Source of the DNA: Amoebidium appalachense
Taxonomy: Eukaryota > Protista > Ichthyosporea
Length of the DNA: 64,000 bases
Assembly: GCA_963693365.1 (NCBI GenBank)
Contig: CAVNZM010000013.1
Span: 6,252,640 to 6,316,639 of the forward strand
Direction: 5' to 3'
The notes below the pieces were generated by a model. The model ran no database searches, was not told the origin of the DNA, and was given only the letters and a program-made list of their open reading frames with translations. A program made the position numbers and the translations under genes. Below are positions 1-15,572 of the stretch, piece by piece; positions within the stretch are counted from its first letter, which is position 1, and each line of letters opens with the position of its first letter.

Positions 1-52
1 CTCCCCCCTCCCCCCTCCACCCCTCCACCCCCCATCTCCCCCCCCCCCCCCC

Positions 53-84
<32 letters not shown>

Positions 85-86
85 AG

Positions 87-344
87 GTGCCCACCACATG
101 GTATGGCCTTGCGGCCGAGTACGTCATCCCGCACGTGGCCTACTGTGCAATTGCCATATTAGGCTATCGGTTCTTCCGCTACCGCGCCTTAAAGCATGGG
201 GTAGTGTCTGCGCGTGACTTCATCATTTTGGAGCAGCTGGGGGAGGGGCAGTTTGGGACGGTTTATAGGGGCATACTGACGGTGGAGGGGGAGGATGTGG
301 ATGTGGCTATCAAGCAGGTGGGTGGGTGGGTGGGTGGTGTGTGT

Positions 345-412
<68 letters not shown>

Positions 413-805
413 CGCGGACGAGGGGAGGGGAGGGGGGTTGATAAGTTTGGATGGATGTCCGGAATGGGAGGGGGGAGGCGGGGGGGCGGACAGGGGCTCT
501 AGGTGGAGAGGGGGGGGGAGGGGGAGGATGAGGGAAGTGGAGGGGATGGTGAATGGGTGTGTGTTGCTTGAGGGGATGGGGGTGAGGGAGTAGAATTGGG
601 TTGGTGTGTGTATTTGTAGGTTTATTTGTAGGGGGAGGAATAGGGGGGTTGGTGGTGGTTGAAGGGAGAGGCTGGAGAGGAGGAGATGGGTGGATGAGTG
701 TGTGGATGAGTGTTTGTGGCTGTGTTTTGGGGGGGGAAGGGGGGTTAGTGTGTATCATAGCACCAGTAGGTGGTTTTGTGCGATTATTTTTTTTCTTTTT
801 TTTTT

Positions 806-864
<59 letters not shown>

Positions 865-1251
865 GGGGGGGAGGGGGGGGCTGGTGTGTATCGGTAGCTG
901 GCTTCGTGTACGTGTGTGTGTGTGTGTGGAGGGGGGCGGGGGAGGGGGAGGTTAAGGTAGAGAACAGGGTGGAGGAGGGTGGGTTGGGGAGGGAAGGGGG
1001 AGGCCAAGTAGAGGGGCGGGGGAGCGGGGGCCAATCCGGCATGGGATATGTAGGTGACTGTGTTGGTGTGGATTTCAGGTCAAAGACACAAATGCCGGTA
1101 GTGTGGAAGAGAAGGAGTTACTGAGAGAGGCCCAGCTGATGAGAAAGGTCAGCCACGACAACGTGCTGAGGTGGGTCCTTTTGATGTTTTATTATTATTA
1201 TTATTATTATCATTATTATTATTATCATTATTATTATTATTATTATTGTTG

Positions 1252-1322
<71 letters not shown>

Positions 1323-1695
1323 GGTGGGAGGAGAGGGGGGGGGGGGGGGGGGGGGAATGGTTGGGAGGGGATGTGGTTTAATGTTCTTGTAAGCATATCG
1401 CGTCATTAGGGTCACCCCTGCCCGCCTGCACCTGTGCAAATTTTGTTTGTAAGCCCCCCCCCCCCCCCCCCCCCCCCCCCTCCCCCTCCCCGTGTCATAG
1501 TTCGATAAACACTCACTCACTTACCCGCTCACTCCCACTCACATTCGGGCTTACCACTACACTCGCACTCACCCTGACAACTACCCACACACAGACCACA
1601 CACACACAAATACCCCCCCCTCCCCCCCTCCCCCTCCCCCCTCCCCTCCACCTTCCCCCCCCCCCCCCTCCCCCCCCGGGACCTCCCTCACTCAG

Positions 1696-1787
<92 letters not shown>

Positions 1788-2688
1788 CTCACCCTCCTCC
1801 TCCTCTCCTCCCTCCTATCCCCCACCTCTTGACACGTTCTACACCCCCCCCCCCCCCCCACACACACACACACACACACATGCAGGTGCCTAGGCATGTC
1901 CTACGTGGATGGCACCCTCTACGTGTTTATCGAGTACATGGACGGAGGGGACCTACACACCCACCTACACAGGTGCAGGCAGGCAGGGGTTACACTTGGC
2001 CTTGAGGCCCGTCTGTGGTACTCCCTGCAGGCCGCATGGGGGCTAAGGGCCATTGCACGTGCAGGGATAGTGCACAGAGATGTGGCCGCTAGAAACTGCA
2101 TCCTGACAAACACACAGCATGCAACGGTCGATTCGGTATGTTGTTCTCACCTCCCCCCCCCCCCCCCCCCCCCCCCTTTTTTTTTTTCTCTCTTTTTTTT
2201 TTTCTCTAGGGGAGGGGAGGGGGGGGGGGGGGGGGGAAGGAAGGCTGAGTTGGGGGGGGGGGGGGGGGGGGGGGGGGGATGAATCGGAGTGAAGGGGGGC
2301 AGGGGAGGTAGAAAGAGAGGAAGAAGGGGGGGGGGGGGGGGGGGGGGGGGCTTGGTGGGCAGTAGATGTGATAGCCGTGGTGTGGAGCAGTGGAGGGAAA
2401 GATGGTACAGGAGGAAAGTTTAGGAGGAGGGGAGGGGGGGAAGGGAGAGGGGGAGGGGGGACAGGGAGAGGGGGAGGGGGGGGGGGGGGGGGGGAGGACA
2501 TGTATTCCCTTGCCGGTTTGTAGCGAGGGATGCATTCTACCGGCTTGTTGGCTTATGTTGGGGGTGTATGTACATGCCCGTCACCCCGCTATAGTGGCAA
2601 AATCTTTGACCATGTGCATGCGTGTGGGGTGAAAATACACGTCATTATCGTCAGAGTGCTGATTGACATTTAGTAGCCGTCTTCTCTG

Positions 2689-2722
<34 letters not shown>

Positions 2723-2845
2723 CCCAACCCCCTCCCTCCTTCCCACTTCCTTCACCTTTCCCCTTGTCGATGGCGCGTGCACGCACACACACACACGCAC
2801 CCACATACACACACACACATTTAAAAACATGCGCGCACACAATCA

Positions 2846-2919
<74 letters not shown>

Positions 2920-2956
2920 ACACGCACACACACACATACACACATGCACCCCCTCG

Positions 2957-2987
<31 letters not shown>

Positions 2988-4016
2988 ATGCCTCCCCTTC
3001 CCCCGCTCCCGCTCCCCCCCCCCCCTCCCACTCCCCCCCCTCCTCCCCCTCCCTCCGCCCCCTGTCCTCCATACACCCACGTACACGTGCACACACAGAA
3101 TGGGCACTACATTGGGCTCAGTGACAGCCTCAAAATAGGGGACTTTGGCATGGCCCGGCACACGGACCCAGCATCCAGAGTCTTCTGCCACCAAGGCCCT
3201 GGCATGCTGCCCTTCAGATGGGCTGCCCCGGAAACTTGGGCAATGGTACTATAACCCCCTCCCCCCGCCCCCACCCCCTCGCATCCTTGCCCCCCGATCC
3301 TCTCGGACTCTCTCCTCCCTTTTTTCCGCCTGTTTGAGCAGTTAAACATAACTTGTCCACACTCCCCCCTCCTCCCCCACCCCCCCGTCTGTCCCTTTCT
3401 CTTGCTCTCCCTCCCTCCCTCCCTCTCTGCCTAACCATCCGCATCAGCACCTTTCCTGCACACTGCCCATTTACATGCTCCATTTGCCTTACAGCACAGC
3501 ACCATAATCGCTCTCCGGTGGACACGAGGTAGCAGCTCTCTCGGTGAAAAATGGGATATGCCGAGACACATTGGGATGTCATGAGGTATTTATAAGGGGA
3601 TATAATGCGGCATAATGGGATTTAATGGGATGTCATGAGATGGAAGGGGATGTTATGAGATATATTTAATGGGATCAAATGACATTTAGGGGGAAAATGT
3701 GAGATATAGCAAGTTGCAATGGGATATGAGATACAATAGGACACAATGGAATATGATGAGATATAATGGGATATGCTGAGATATTTTCGTGCAGATATAC
3801 AGTGAGGCAAGCGACGTGTATGCCTTTGGCACGCTGCTGTGGGAGATATTTACTGACGGCGATCAGCCCTATGCTGGAATGAGTGCCCCAGAGGTGGCTG
3901 GGGTGGTCAAGTCAGGTGGGTGTGTGTGTGCCTGCATATGTGTGTGTGCATGGTACTTTCGGGGTGTGTGTGTGTGTGCGTGCGTGTGTGTGCGTGTGTG
4001 CGTGTGCGTGTGCGTG

Positions 4017-4090
<74 letters not shown>

Positions 4091-4945
4091 TGTGCGTGTG
4101 CGTGTGTGACTGCGTGTGTGTGTCCACATCCTAACCATGTATATGCAGGGGGTCACCTGGGGAGACCGGCACAGTGCCCCGACGGTGTGTGGGACCTGAT
4201 GAAGAGCTGCTGGGCCCCAAGAGCCAATCAGAGGCCGGATTTCGAGCACGTGGTAGAGAATATTCTGGAAATGTTCCAGGCCACGGCCGGTGACACGTGG
4301 GGGCACGATGATTGGGTACTGCTTGCAACACCACGGAGCATGGAGAGGTTGGACAGGCAGCCATGGGTCTCCCCTGCCGTGAGAACTGATTTGGAGGCAA
4401 ACGGGCTGCCTTTTTTGCACGCACTCCGACCCCCGCCTCTCGGCCAATCAGGGGCGAGGTTCGCACCAAACGAACGGTCGTCATTGGTCAACGAATTGAC
4501 GGATATGGAGGAGGGTAAAGCGAGTGACGGGGGTGGGGAAGAGGGAGAGGGGGATGAGGAGGGGGGTTACGTGGAGCTTGCTATGCCGGCAGAGAAGAAA
4601 GAAGTGACCGGATTTAGGGAGAGGTTACGCAGCCGCACACACAGCATGTACACAGCCCTAAGCACCCTGTTCAAGGGGCCAAATCCGTCCAGTCACCCCC
4701 GCATACCGCAAAGTGGGAGATGGAAATCGAGGTTGGGGTCGGATTTGGGTGCAAGGAGGAGGGGGTCACATTTGCAGGCGCCTGCAAGTATGCCCACAAT
4801 AATAGCAGGGAACGGGGAAGATACACGGCCATTGTTGGGGGCGGAGGCAGACACACGTTATGTGGAGGGTGTGGAGGAGATGGGGGGTGACGGGGTTTTG
4901 TTGGATGTGAATGAAAATTCTGAGGGGATGGCAAGGTCGTGTTAA
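87..4945 (+). CDS. Receptor-type tyrosine kinase, 3' portion (exons ~87-317, 1079-1170, 1886-2135, 3099-3245, 3795-3915, 4149-4945; 5' end upstream of window)
   Basis: Joined exons give a hydrophobic segment (VIPHVAYCAIAILGY-RFFRYR), then LGEGQFGTVY, VAIK, HRDVAARN, KIGDFGMAR, LPFRWAAPE, SDVYAFG and CW..RPDF. GT-AG junctions are in phase; TAA at 4943-4945. Confidence 0.9.
1189..1322. repeat. (TTA)n microsatellite in kinase intron 2
   Basis: Read directly. Confidence 0.9.
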
Positions 4946-5057
4946 GATTCCCCACACACACACCTGCTCAGTCATGCGCGGGCACACATACACGGCACAA
5001 CCGCTTTCACACTCCTATACACCAAAACACGCATGCGCGCACGCGCACACAGATACC

Positions 5058-5132
<75 letters not shown>

Positions 5133-6292
5133 CCAGACCACCACGCCATCACCCAAGGGCACCACGGAAAGGACAGGTAATCCACCATGTATGTGCATAG
5201 ATGTATGAGTTGTTGCAATGTCGGTGCTTGAAAAGGCGAGTATGGATGTCACCGTGTATATAGAAAACAGTAGGGTTAAATTTACCCAATTATCTCATCG
5301 AGTGTAATTATGGACACCGTTTTATAGTCGGTTTGGATACGAGCATAAGGATTTGCCGTGCTTCTATTATAAAGTTGGGTGTCTTTTAATGAGAGGCAGT
5401 GTACATGCATGTGAGATAAAATGTGTGGATATGCAGTGATTCTAGAGAGATGGACATATATATTTAGGATAACCAAGTTTGATAGACGCATGCTATGTTA
5501 GTACCCCAGCGGTTGACTTCCCATCCCTATGGGTCGGTGTCTTGGTGTGTCGGGGATTCAAGACATGAAAGCTTAAGAGTTTAGGGGAATGTATTATTGG
5601 CAACTATAGCAGCGCTTTTAATATATAAATATCTTTTAATGTTATAAGGCCACGTGCAACACGATGTAAAATAAATGGTATTCTTCTTACGAATTATGTT
5701 TCGGCCTCGTGTTATGCATGTATATGCACCATGAAGAAGATGTGGTGTGATGCATTGGACCAACGACCTGCCAACTATGATAGCCTAAATGATGGTGCTA
5801 CATACAGCTATATGTACAGGCGATCCAATTGGCCAAGAGGCGATGATGTTACCTACGGTGGCCAACCATATGCATGGGTGTGGGTGCATTTGTGAGACCA
5901 TTTGGGTCACACCGGAGACTTGCAGTGCGGTGTTGACCGAGCATGTACATACAACGATGTTGCCTGATACTATGCTATGATATGTTCACTGACCACCAAT
6001 CAATGGACACGGGCAACAGAATACACACCATTTGTGGCCCCGAATACGCACGGTTGGCCATGGGCGCAGGAGAACTTGCAGTCTAATATGGTGCCGACGA
6101 ACTTCATTCACGCAATATTGCATATATAGATTATTAAAGTTTTTATAAAACAATAATAATAAAAATACGAATCTGACACAGGTTAGAAACGTGCAACTTG
6201 TGATTTCGGGCTAGACGGAGGTCTAATATTAGCTAATTAGTATGCGTATGGATGGTGTTGGTGGTGGTGGTGGTGGTGGTGGTGGTGGTGGT

Positions 6293-6430
<138 letters not shown>

Positions 6431-6918
6431 TGTTTGTGTGCATAGGTGTTATTTTTTTGAAGCCCCTCCGGGGGGGGGGGGGGGGGGGGGTTATCAAGTG
6501 GTTTGTCACAAGGCAAATTGGCAAAACAATAGATCTGGTTGAAGCAGGTTTATTGGAGGTTTGTTTCCACACACACTACACATGCCTGATTATACTGTCA
6601 CCAAGCAGCACTGGAGGCTCAAAACAAAAAAAATAACACATGGCACTATATACACAGAAAACCTAAAAAAAGAACTTATTAGCCCAACTGACTTGAAAAT
6701 CATGCCGCATAATCACCTTCATGATTAAGCAGCACGTTTCATACGAGCTCTCAGTCAGCTTTCTCCACACACTAACACAAAAAACCAGACCACCCAACCT
6801 GCAATGGTATCCTTGGGCACACCGCACCCAATCCTAATCCACCAAAAAACACCCAATATCTATCCACATCCTAGCGCTCCACAAAACTTACACCAACAGA
6901 ATTGGTGTGCTGGTGTGC

Positions 6919-7173
6919 TTAGGGGGTGAGGCGCTTGGGGTCACGGGGGAACATGGACGACTTGCGCACGTTGCCCAGGGCCAGGTAGAGCATCAGCACA
7001 CGCTCCAGACCTGCACACACACACACACACGCTCAGTGCTTGTCACATGCATTTTCTTAACACACATTTGCAATCTAGAATTCTTTCCAGCTACATATTT
7101 TTGTGGACGAACCCCCTCCCCCCCCCTCCCCCCCCCCCCCCCCCCCTGGAAGCAAGTAGTACACACACATACA

Positions 7174-7216
<43 letters not shown>

Positions 7217-7422
7217 CACTATATGTCCCAAAACAACACTTTATGTCCGCCCACCCCTTTCTGTTCCATTCGTGTTGTACTCAAAAAGCTGCCAGGTATG
7301 TCCGGGCAGGAAGACAAGATAATGCTTAGGTATTTTTTTTTTTTTTTTTTTTTTTTTCCTCGTGTGCATGGTGGTGATGGTGAGGAGGAGGAGGACGAGG
7401 TGGTGGTGGTGGGTGGGTGGGT

Positions 7423-7471
<49 letters not shown>

Positions 7472-7776
7472 ATGTTGCTTACCGATGCCTCCGCCACCGT
7501 GTGGGGGTGCGCCGTACTTGAAGGCATCGAGGTAGGCCTGGATGGTCGACAGGTCGATGTTGTGGTGCTTGGCCCGCTCAATCAGGAAGTCGGGGTCGTG
7601 CACACGCTGTGCACCAGAGAGAATCTCCTCCCCACGCATAAACAGGTCGTAGCTGTTGCTCAGCTCCTGAAAAAAAAAAAAAAAAAAAAAAAGAGTGGGG
7701 GGATAAGCAGGTGGTATACGGTGCGAAAGGATACGAAGACAAGGGGTATGGAAGTTCGGGTATATAGGGAGGAAAA

Positions 7777-7833
<57 letters not shown>

Positions 7834-7999
7834 ATGCGTTAGAAGGTTGGAAATATGGAGGAAACAACCAAGAGCAACAACAAAACGTCACAAAAGTGGG
7901 AAACCCAAAATCAAACAATTTAAGCGTGCAGGCAGAAGACACTTGAGCAGGACCCATCATCAGGGGGGTTCCTATGCCTCCACAACAGCATGGGTTTGT

Positions 8000-8030
<31 letters not shown>

Positions 8031-8391
8031 GGGGGGGGGGATAAGCATGATTCACAGATTACGGAGCACACATTTTTTCTGGACAACACAACGGAGATTG
8101 CAAAGCACACAAATTAGTTTGCATCACAGAAAGAGCCTATCATCAGTGGAAGCCCGAGTCACCTGTTTGCGTGTGTGTGTGTGTGACTGTGTGTGTGTGT
8201 GTATTTGTGTGTGTGTGTGTTGGAGGGGGGGGGAGGGGAGAGGGGAGGGGAGGGGTAAACGTACGGGGTTGTTAGCATCGGGCATCGTGTAGAAGGGGCG
8301 CACACACAGGGGGAACTTGTCCAGCATGTAGAAGTCAGTGTCGTACTTGGCCTTAACGAGCTTGCCTAGGAACTTCTCGTTGGTCGTCCTG

Positions 8392-8427
<36 letters not shown>

Positions 8428-8562
8428 GGGGGGGGGGGGGGGGAGTAAGATTGTGTTAAAATGTACAAAGTACACACCTGTAACAGAAAACACCATGCAG
8501 AGTGCAAAAGCACAGATGAGTGCATGCGTGTAGAGGAAAGGGAGGATGTGTGTGTGTGTGTG

Positions 8563-8611
<49 letters not shown>

Positions 8612-8875
8612 GGGGGGGGGGGGGGTCCGTACGTGAGATCCTCGGTAGGGGCCATCTCGACCCCAGCCTCATTGAGCATCTTGACAGCATCGACATAGTT
8701 GAGACGGAGGGACGGCTCAAGGAACTTGAACTCCTCAAACGGGAACTGCTGCGACACTGGGGGAAAAAAAAAAGCGAACAGGTTTAGTATATGTGCTGGA
8801 TACTTCGTTATATATGGTGCATAAGGGGATCTTCTATGTTTACATTATCGTGTGAGATGTTTCATTCATAACAAA

Positions 8876-8974
<99 letters not shown>

Positions 8975-10229
8975 CGTGCGTGTGCATGTGTGCGTGTGTG
9001 CAATAACACCAAGGTGTATCTTCTGTTACTCCTGTACACCCTATAGTCCATAACCATAATGTTGTTCATAGCCCTAATGCTCATATGATTGCTGCAGGTT
9101 TCGTTTCTGTAGTTCGTTCATGTGGTTGTTCCTTCCTGAGCGATACTGTAATACACTGGTACTGCGTATTTGTTAAAGATCAGCAGGCAGTCTGCTTCTT
9201 GCCTCAATGCAGGCGCGGGAAGGAGGATAACTTGCCGATTTCGAGCTCGTGGGAGTAGCGATCGCGCAGGCCCTTAAAGATGTGCACAAACAGGCGGTCC
9301 AGCATGTCCAGAACCTATAAATAGACACCCAATCAGATAGGAGGAATACAACCGGACTTGAAGCTATGAACAAACAGGTGGTCCCATATTGGGAACTTAT
9401 AAATAGACATCCAATCAGGTTGAAAGAACAAAACGAGACCGGCTTTACATGGGCATGCAATAAAAACTTGCATATAGCTGCAAACTTTGTTTACAAATGT
9501 CACCACAAGACATTATCGTGTGTGACACAGGGAAAGTTCATTCAGCCAAGAGGAACAAAGCAAGGATATCACGGGTGTGCACTGGGAATGTGATCTGAAC
9601 AATCGTACTCACAAATCACCTCTGTCCCCTCCCCCCCCCCCCCACCACCACCACCCACCCACCCACCCACCCACCCACCCACACACAAACACGCACACGC
9701 ACACACACACCTCGTGGTAGTGTTCGTTGATCTCCATCTCCATATCCAGACCGGTGAACTCAGTCAAGTGCCTGTGCGTGTTGGAGTCTTCGGCACGGAA
9801 CACTGGAAAAAGAGAAAAAGGGGGAAAAAACGGCAGTTACTGATTTGTACTTTTGTGTTTCGGATTACAAAATGCGGGTGTGTGTAGGGGCGGACACACG
9901 TGCATGCTCGGTTGTGTGAAGAGCTCTGTGTTCCACCGTGCACCTGTGTGTGAATCCTTGAGCCTATTGTGGTGGTATGCTGCTCCATGTGTGATTCAGA
10001 TGTGCACGTGTACACGTGTGTACGGGTGTGCGTGTACCGTGTGTGTATGTGTGTGTAAGTGTGTGTACGTGTGTGTATGTGTGTGTAAGTGTGTGTACGT
10101 GTGTATATGTGTTGTGTACGTGTGTGTATGTGTGGGCATGTACGTGTGTGGTGGTGCATGTGTGTGTGTACACGTGGTTTTCGGGGTGTGTGTTGGTGGG
10201 CATACATGTGTGTCCTTGCCTGCATGACA

Positions 10230-10325
<96 letters not shown>

Positions 10326-10613
10326 ATGTTTGTCTGGGAGCGAGTGTCCGCGTGTCTCTCTCTCTATGTGTATGGGAGTGTGTGTATGTGTGTGCCTGCC
10401 GGTCTCCGTGCTTATATATCTGTGTGTGTGTATGTGTGTGTGTGTGTGTGTGTGTAGATGTGTTGTGCCCAGGACACTCACCAGGAGCAATCTCGAAGAC
10501 CCTCTCGAGGTCACCGCAGATGGCCATCTGCTTGTACAGCTGAGGTGACTGCGCCAGGTACGCACTGCCTGCTCACCCCAAGTCTTATTCACCTTCCCCT
10601 CCTCCCCTCACCT

Positions 10614-10652
<39 letters not shown>

Positions 10653-11072
10653 ACACCACCACCGCCAACAACACACATGCACGCTTATGCACACAACGGC
10701 AGACACATGCACAGACAGACACGCACACAGATAGGCACACACGCACACGCAAGTGAACACCCGCACACGCAAGCGTATACACACACACACATACACACGC
10801 ACGCGCATGTGCACATCCACACACACACTCACACAAACACCCACACACTCACACCCACCCACCCACCCACCCACACCCACCCATCCACACAAACACACAC
10901 ATACACACGGTTAGGACGTACCCTTGAAGTAGGAGCACTTGAACACGTTTGCACCACCCTCAGATGCTGCGCTAATGATCTTGGGGGTGTGGATCTCCGT
11001 GAAGCCGTTTGCTGTATGTGTGTGTGTACAGATTAGAGATTTGTTACTGGAAAAAGTGCGAGGCAGGAAGGG

Positions 11073-11122
<50 letters not shown>

Positions 11123-11702
11123 TGTATAGACAACAAAGAGCAACAGCAAAACGTCACAAAAGTGGGGAAATCCAAAATCAAGCAATTTAAGAGTGCAGGT
11201 AGAAGACACTTGAACAGAGCCCATCATCAGGGGGGTTCCTATGCCTCCACAAAAGCATGGGTTTCGACTCTTTAACCTCTCACGCGTGGTTCCCAACCCA
11301 TACTTTGTTTCAACAGCAATAGGCGAGTCCACCACTCTTGGCCAAAGACGAGCAGGGTTGTTCAAGGAGCAGCAATCTAAGAAAACAGAGTCAAAACTGC
11401 AGGCAGACAAAAACAAAGAAAACAAGCAGAGAAGTAGAGCATAAGCCGGGCTTCTATAAAGCTCCCCGACTCCCTAACCTATGGAGAAGGGGAGGGAGGG
11501 AAAGGGGGAGAGGGGGGGGGGGGGGGGGGGAGGGGGGGGGCAGAGGGGGGGGTGGGGGGAGGGGGGAGAGGGGGGAAGGGGGAAACGGGGGAGGGGGGAA
11601 CATGGAGACAGAGAGAAATAGGGGGGGAACTTAATCTGGCCACTATTGTTTTATTAGAGGGTTACCCCACGCAATAAACCAATAGGTTTGACCCATGCCA
11701 CT

Positions 11703-11739
<37 letters not shown>

Positions 11740-12169
11740 TAATGTGTATTGTCCTTTGTGTTTTACTTTTGTTGCGGGGCGGGAAGAGAGGGGAAGAGAG
11801 GGGGGGAGGGGGGGGGGGGGGGGGGGGGTTGTATATGGCATCACAAGACAAACAAAGATCGAGAGAAAATCGACCTGCACAGATGTCGAACCTGCAACCT
11901 TCCGTACCGGGGGGGGGGGGGGGGGAGTTGGAATTCAGAACACGGTACACAGTGCACGTACACGATGAGACGGTGAAGAGCATCTACACAAGCACGCATC
12001 GAGGTATGAAATATCAGCAACGCCTAGTAGAGGAGGCGTGCAGGGAAGGGAGAGGCAAGGGAAGGGGGGACAGGTAGAGTGATGCTGATATGCATTTGGC
12101 CATGCAACATGGGCACGTGTGCACGTGAAGTCTGCATGTGCAGGTACGGGAATGCACCGGGTGGGGGAT

Positions 12170-12206
<37 letters not shown>

Positions 12207-12322
12207 GAGGGGAGGGGAGACAGGCACGAACCCATAAGGAACTCCCTGAACAGATGGCACACAGAGCCCTGCAGGCGGAAGATGGCCTGGTTGGCCGGTG
12301 TCTAGAAAGAAACAGGGTGTCA

Positions 12323-12385
<63 letters not shown>

Positions 12386-12548
12386 TGTGTGTGTTACGTG
12401 TGCATGTGTGCGTGTTGTGGCATAATAGGTGTCTGTATGAGTGTTGTGCCAGATGCATGCTACGCACGCATGTCCTGGTTATCGTGTGCGCATGCTCAGT
12501 GTGCCTTTGTGTGATGGTAGTGTGCCATCTCATCTGTATGTGTGTGTG

Positions 12549-12587
<39 letters not shown>

Positions 12588-13025
12588 GCAAAGTGCATAT
12601 TCATGTGTCTTGTGTGCCTGCATTATCTAAGTGCACACGCCTGCTAAACAGCGGGGCACAGCACACCCCCACAAGCACACCCCAGCCACGTCGCCACGAG
12701 CCACACACGAACACCACATCCACACGGGCACACACACACACACAAGCGCGGCACGCACACCGGGAGACGCATGCGCATGTACACCTACCCTCAGATCGAT
12801 GACACGGTTGTCAAGACGCACATCCTGGTACACGGGCTTGAACACGGAGTCCTGGGAGGAGGAAAAGGGGAGGGGGGGGGAGGGGGGGGGGGGGGGGGTT
12901 GGTTAGGTTGCGGAACACGGTACTAAGTAACAACTACACAATGAGAAGCACGGTGCAGGACACGTCCAAAAGCAAAGAGGCAAGCATGTAACATCCGCAA
13001 CGTTTTTTTTTTGTTGTTGTTGTTT

Positions 13026-13079
<54 letters not shown>

Positions 13080-13414
13080 GAAAGAGGGGGGAACGGGAGA
13101 GGGGGAGAAAGTGTTACACATTGCATAATAAACATTCACGATAAACAACACCATGCAATTATTCAAAAGAGGGGTCTAGAATACGGGGCAGGGTACAAAG
13201 TACAACCACACGATGAGCAACACGGATAGACACAGGACACATAACGGTATGCAAACACAAGCATCTGATGTAGTATATATACAACATCAGCAGCACCTAG
13301 TTTGTAGGAGGGGGGAGGGGGGGGGGGGGGGGGGGGGGGGGGAGGAATGTTTGTTAAGAATGTGATCTGTAGTGTGTGTGTGTGCGTGTGCGTGCGTGTG
13401 TGCGTGTGCGTGCG

Positions 13415-13481
<67 letters not shown>

Positions 13482-15526
13482 ATTTGTGCGCGCATGTGTG
13501 TACGTGTGTGCTTATGTGTGCTTGTGTTTTCATGCATACATGTGTGTGCACTTACAGGCTTCTCGAGCTCAGAGTCAGGCACGGAGGCATCCTCGACCTG
13601 GAATGGCAGCTGGGGGGTGGCTGCACTGACCACAAACAGCTGGGAAAAAGAGGGGGGGGGGGGGAGGGGGGGGGGGGGGGGAGGGAGGTTAGAATGTATT
13701 ACAGACTCACCCCGGGCCACGGAGCGCAGTTTTTGCAAAGGCACACACACAGAGTATGCATCACAGGAGAAAGAGGGGGGGGGGGAGGGGGGGGGGGGGG
13801 GGGGGGGGGGGGTAAGAATGCAGAACATGGTACGAAATACAACTATGCACCATGAGAAACACTGTGCAGGACACATGCAAAGGCAACCAGTAATATAAGC
13901 ATGAGGGTGGCGGAAGGTTGGATGCAAGAGGCGGCACAAAACAAAAAGGGCATCGAAAGGGTGGGTGGGTGGCGGGGGGGGGGGGGGGGGGGGGGGTCAG
14001 ATTCGATGGCGGGGTTGGTGGGGATGGGGGGGGGGGGGGGGGGGGGGCATGTACTTACCTTTGTGATTTTGAGCTCAAAGTCCTTCTGGCTGCATGCCTG
14101 GATGGGGGTGGGGGCCTGGGTGAGGATGCCCTCCACGGCAACCAATGACTCCTTGTTGACCCTGCAACCCCCTTACGTAAGTGCAAATACCATACACCTT
14201 ACGTAAGTGCAAAATACCATACACCTTACGTAAGCACAAATTTCATTCACCTTACGTTAGCACCATACCACACTCCTTACGTAAGCACACATCACACGGC
14301 GCACCCTTCATAAGGGTAAGCATCGTATGTGCTCCAACCTTTATATGCACCATACCATACGGGTTCCCTATGAACCATCGACAACAGCCATTCAGTTTTT
14401 ACACAGTTCCCGTATATAGTCGATGCCATCTGGGTAGCTCACACAGACCATAAATCTTGCAAGGAAAATCACCACAGTAGCAGGGGGTTTTTTTTTGTGG
14501 GGGGAGGGGGGGGGGGGGGGGGAGGGGGAGAACACATACACACTGCAGAACTTGACCATCAGCTTGCTGGTGGTCTCGTCGACGGCACACAGGGCTTGCA
14601 GGGTGTCAAAACGCTGGCGCAGAACCATGAAGCACTGCTTGCCTGCACACACACAGGGAGGGAGGGAGGGGAAAGTGGGTTAAGAGGGTGTTACAGAGTA
14701 CGACGTACACATTCATGACAAACAACACAATGCAGATTTTGCAAACAAATGTGCACACACAATGACTAGCATCAAACATAGAACCCATCCTCAAGAGAGC
14801 CCCAGTCATCCACAGAGGGGCAGGGAGGGGGAGAGGGGAGGAGGAGACGGTGTACGCATTCATGACGGACAAAACGATGCAGAGCACTCACAAAGGCGAG
14901 GGCGAGGGGAGAATGCCTGCAATTTACCAAAGGCAAAGCCTTCATCTTACTTGACACATTCAACTGCATAACCATGCATGCAAACACACACACCCGCACT
15001 CACACGACCACATACCCCCCCCCCCCCCCCCCCCCCCGGGGGCCCCTCCTCCCCCTCCCCCCTCCTCCCCAGAGAACATATATACACACATCTACTTGTA
15101 TGTACAGGCACACAAACACGTCCCCATGCACAAACACCCACAACACCAACACCTACACTCACAGACACACAGCCCAAATTACTCCCCCCCCCCCCCAAAA
15201 AAAAATGCCCCCTCCCCCCCCCCCCCCACACCCACACACACACACACACACCCACACACCCACACCCACACACACACGTACCTGTGCCACGAACGTTGTG
15301 CACACGGGCCCTCAGCAGAACCTCCTGGCCGACCTGGTTGGCATTCAGGTCCCCAATGCGGTGCCACGTGCGCCCTGTGAACACGTGCACACAGTCTTAG
15401 CATCCTCATACTGCACACATTATTCTCATCTGTTCTGCGCAATGTGTTCTCATAATTCACACATTGTATACTTGGTCTGCAAACACGCTTAGCTTTCTCC
15501 GGCAGATGGGGTGGGGTGGTGTGTGT

Positions 15527-15572
<46 letters not shown>

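Noticed and set aside
11209-11366. Hammerhead ribozyme (CUGANGA and GAAAC present in both full copies)
   Set aside because: The order would require type II topology, but the bases after CUGANGA do not pair with those before either GAAA, and no stem III-UH-stem I junction forms.
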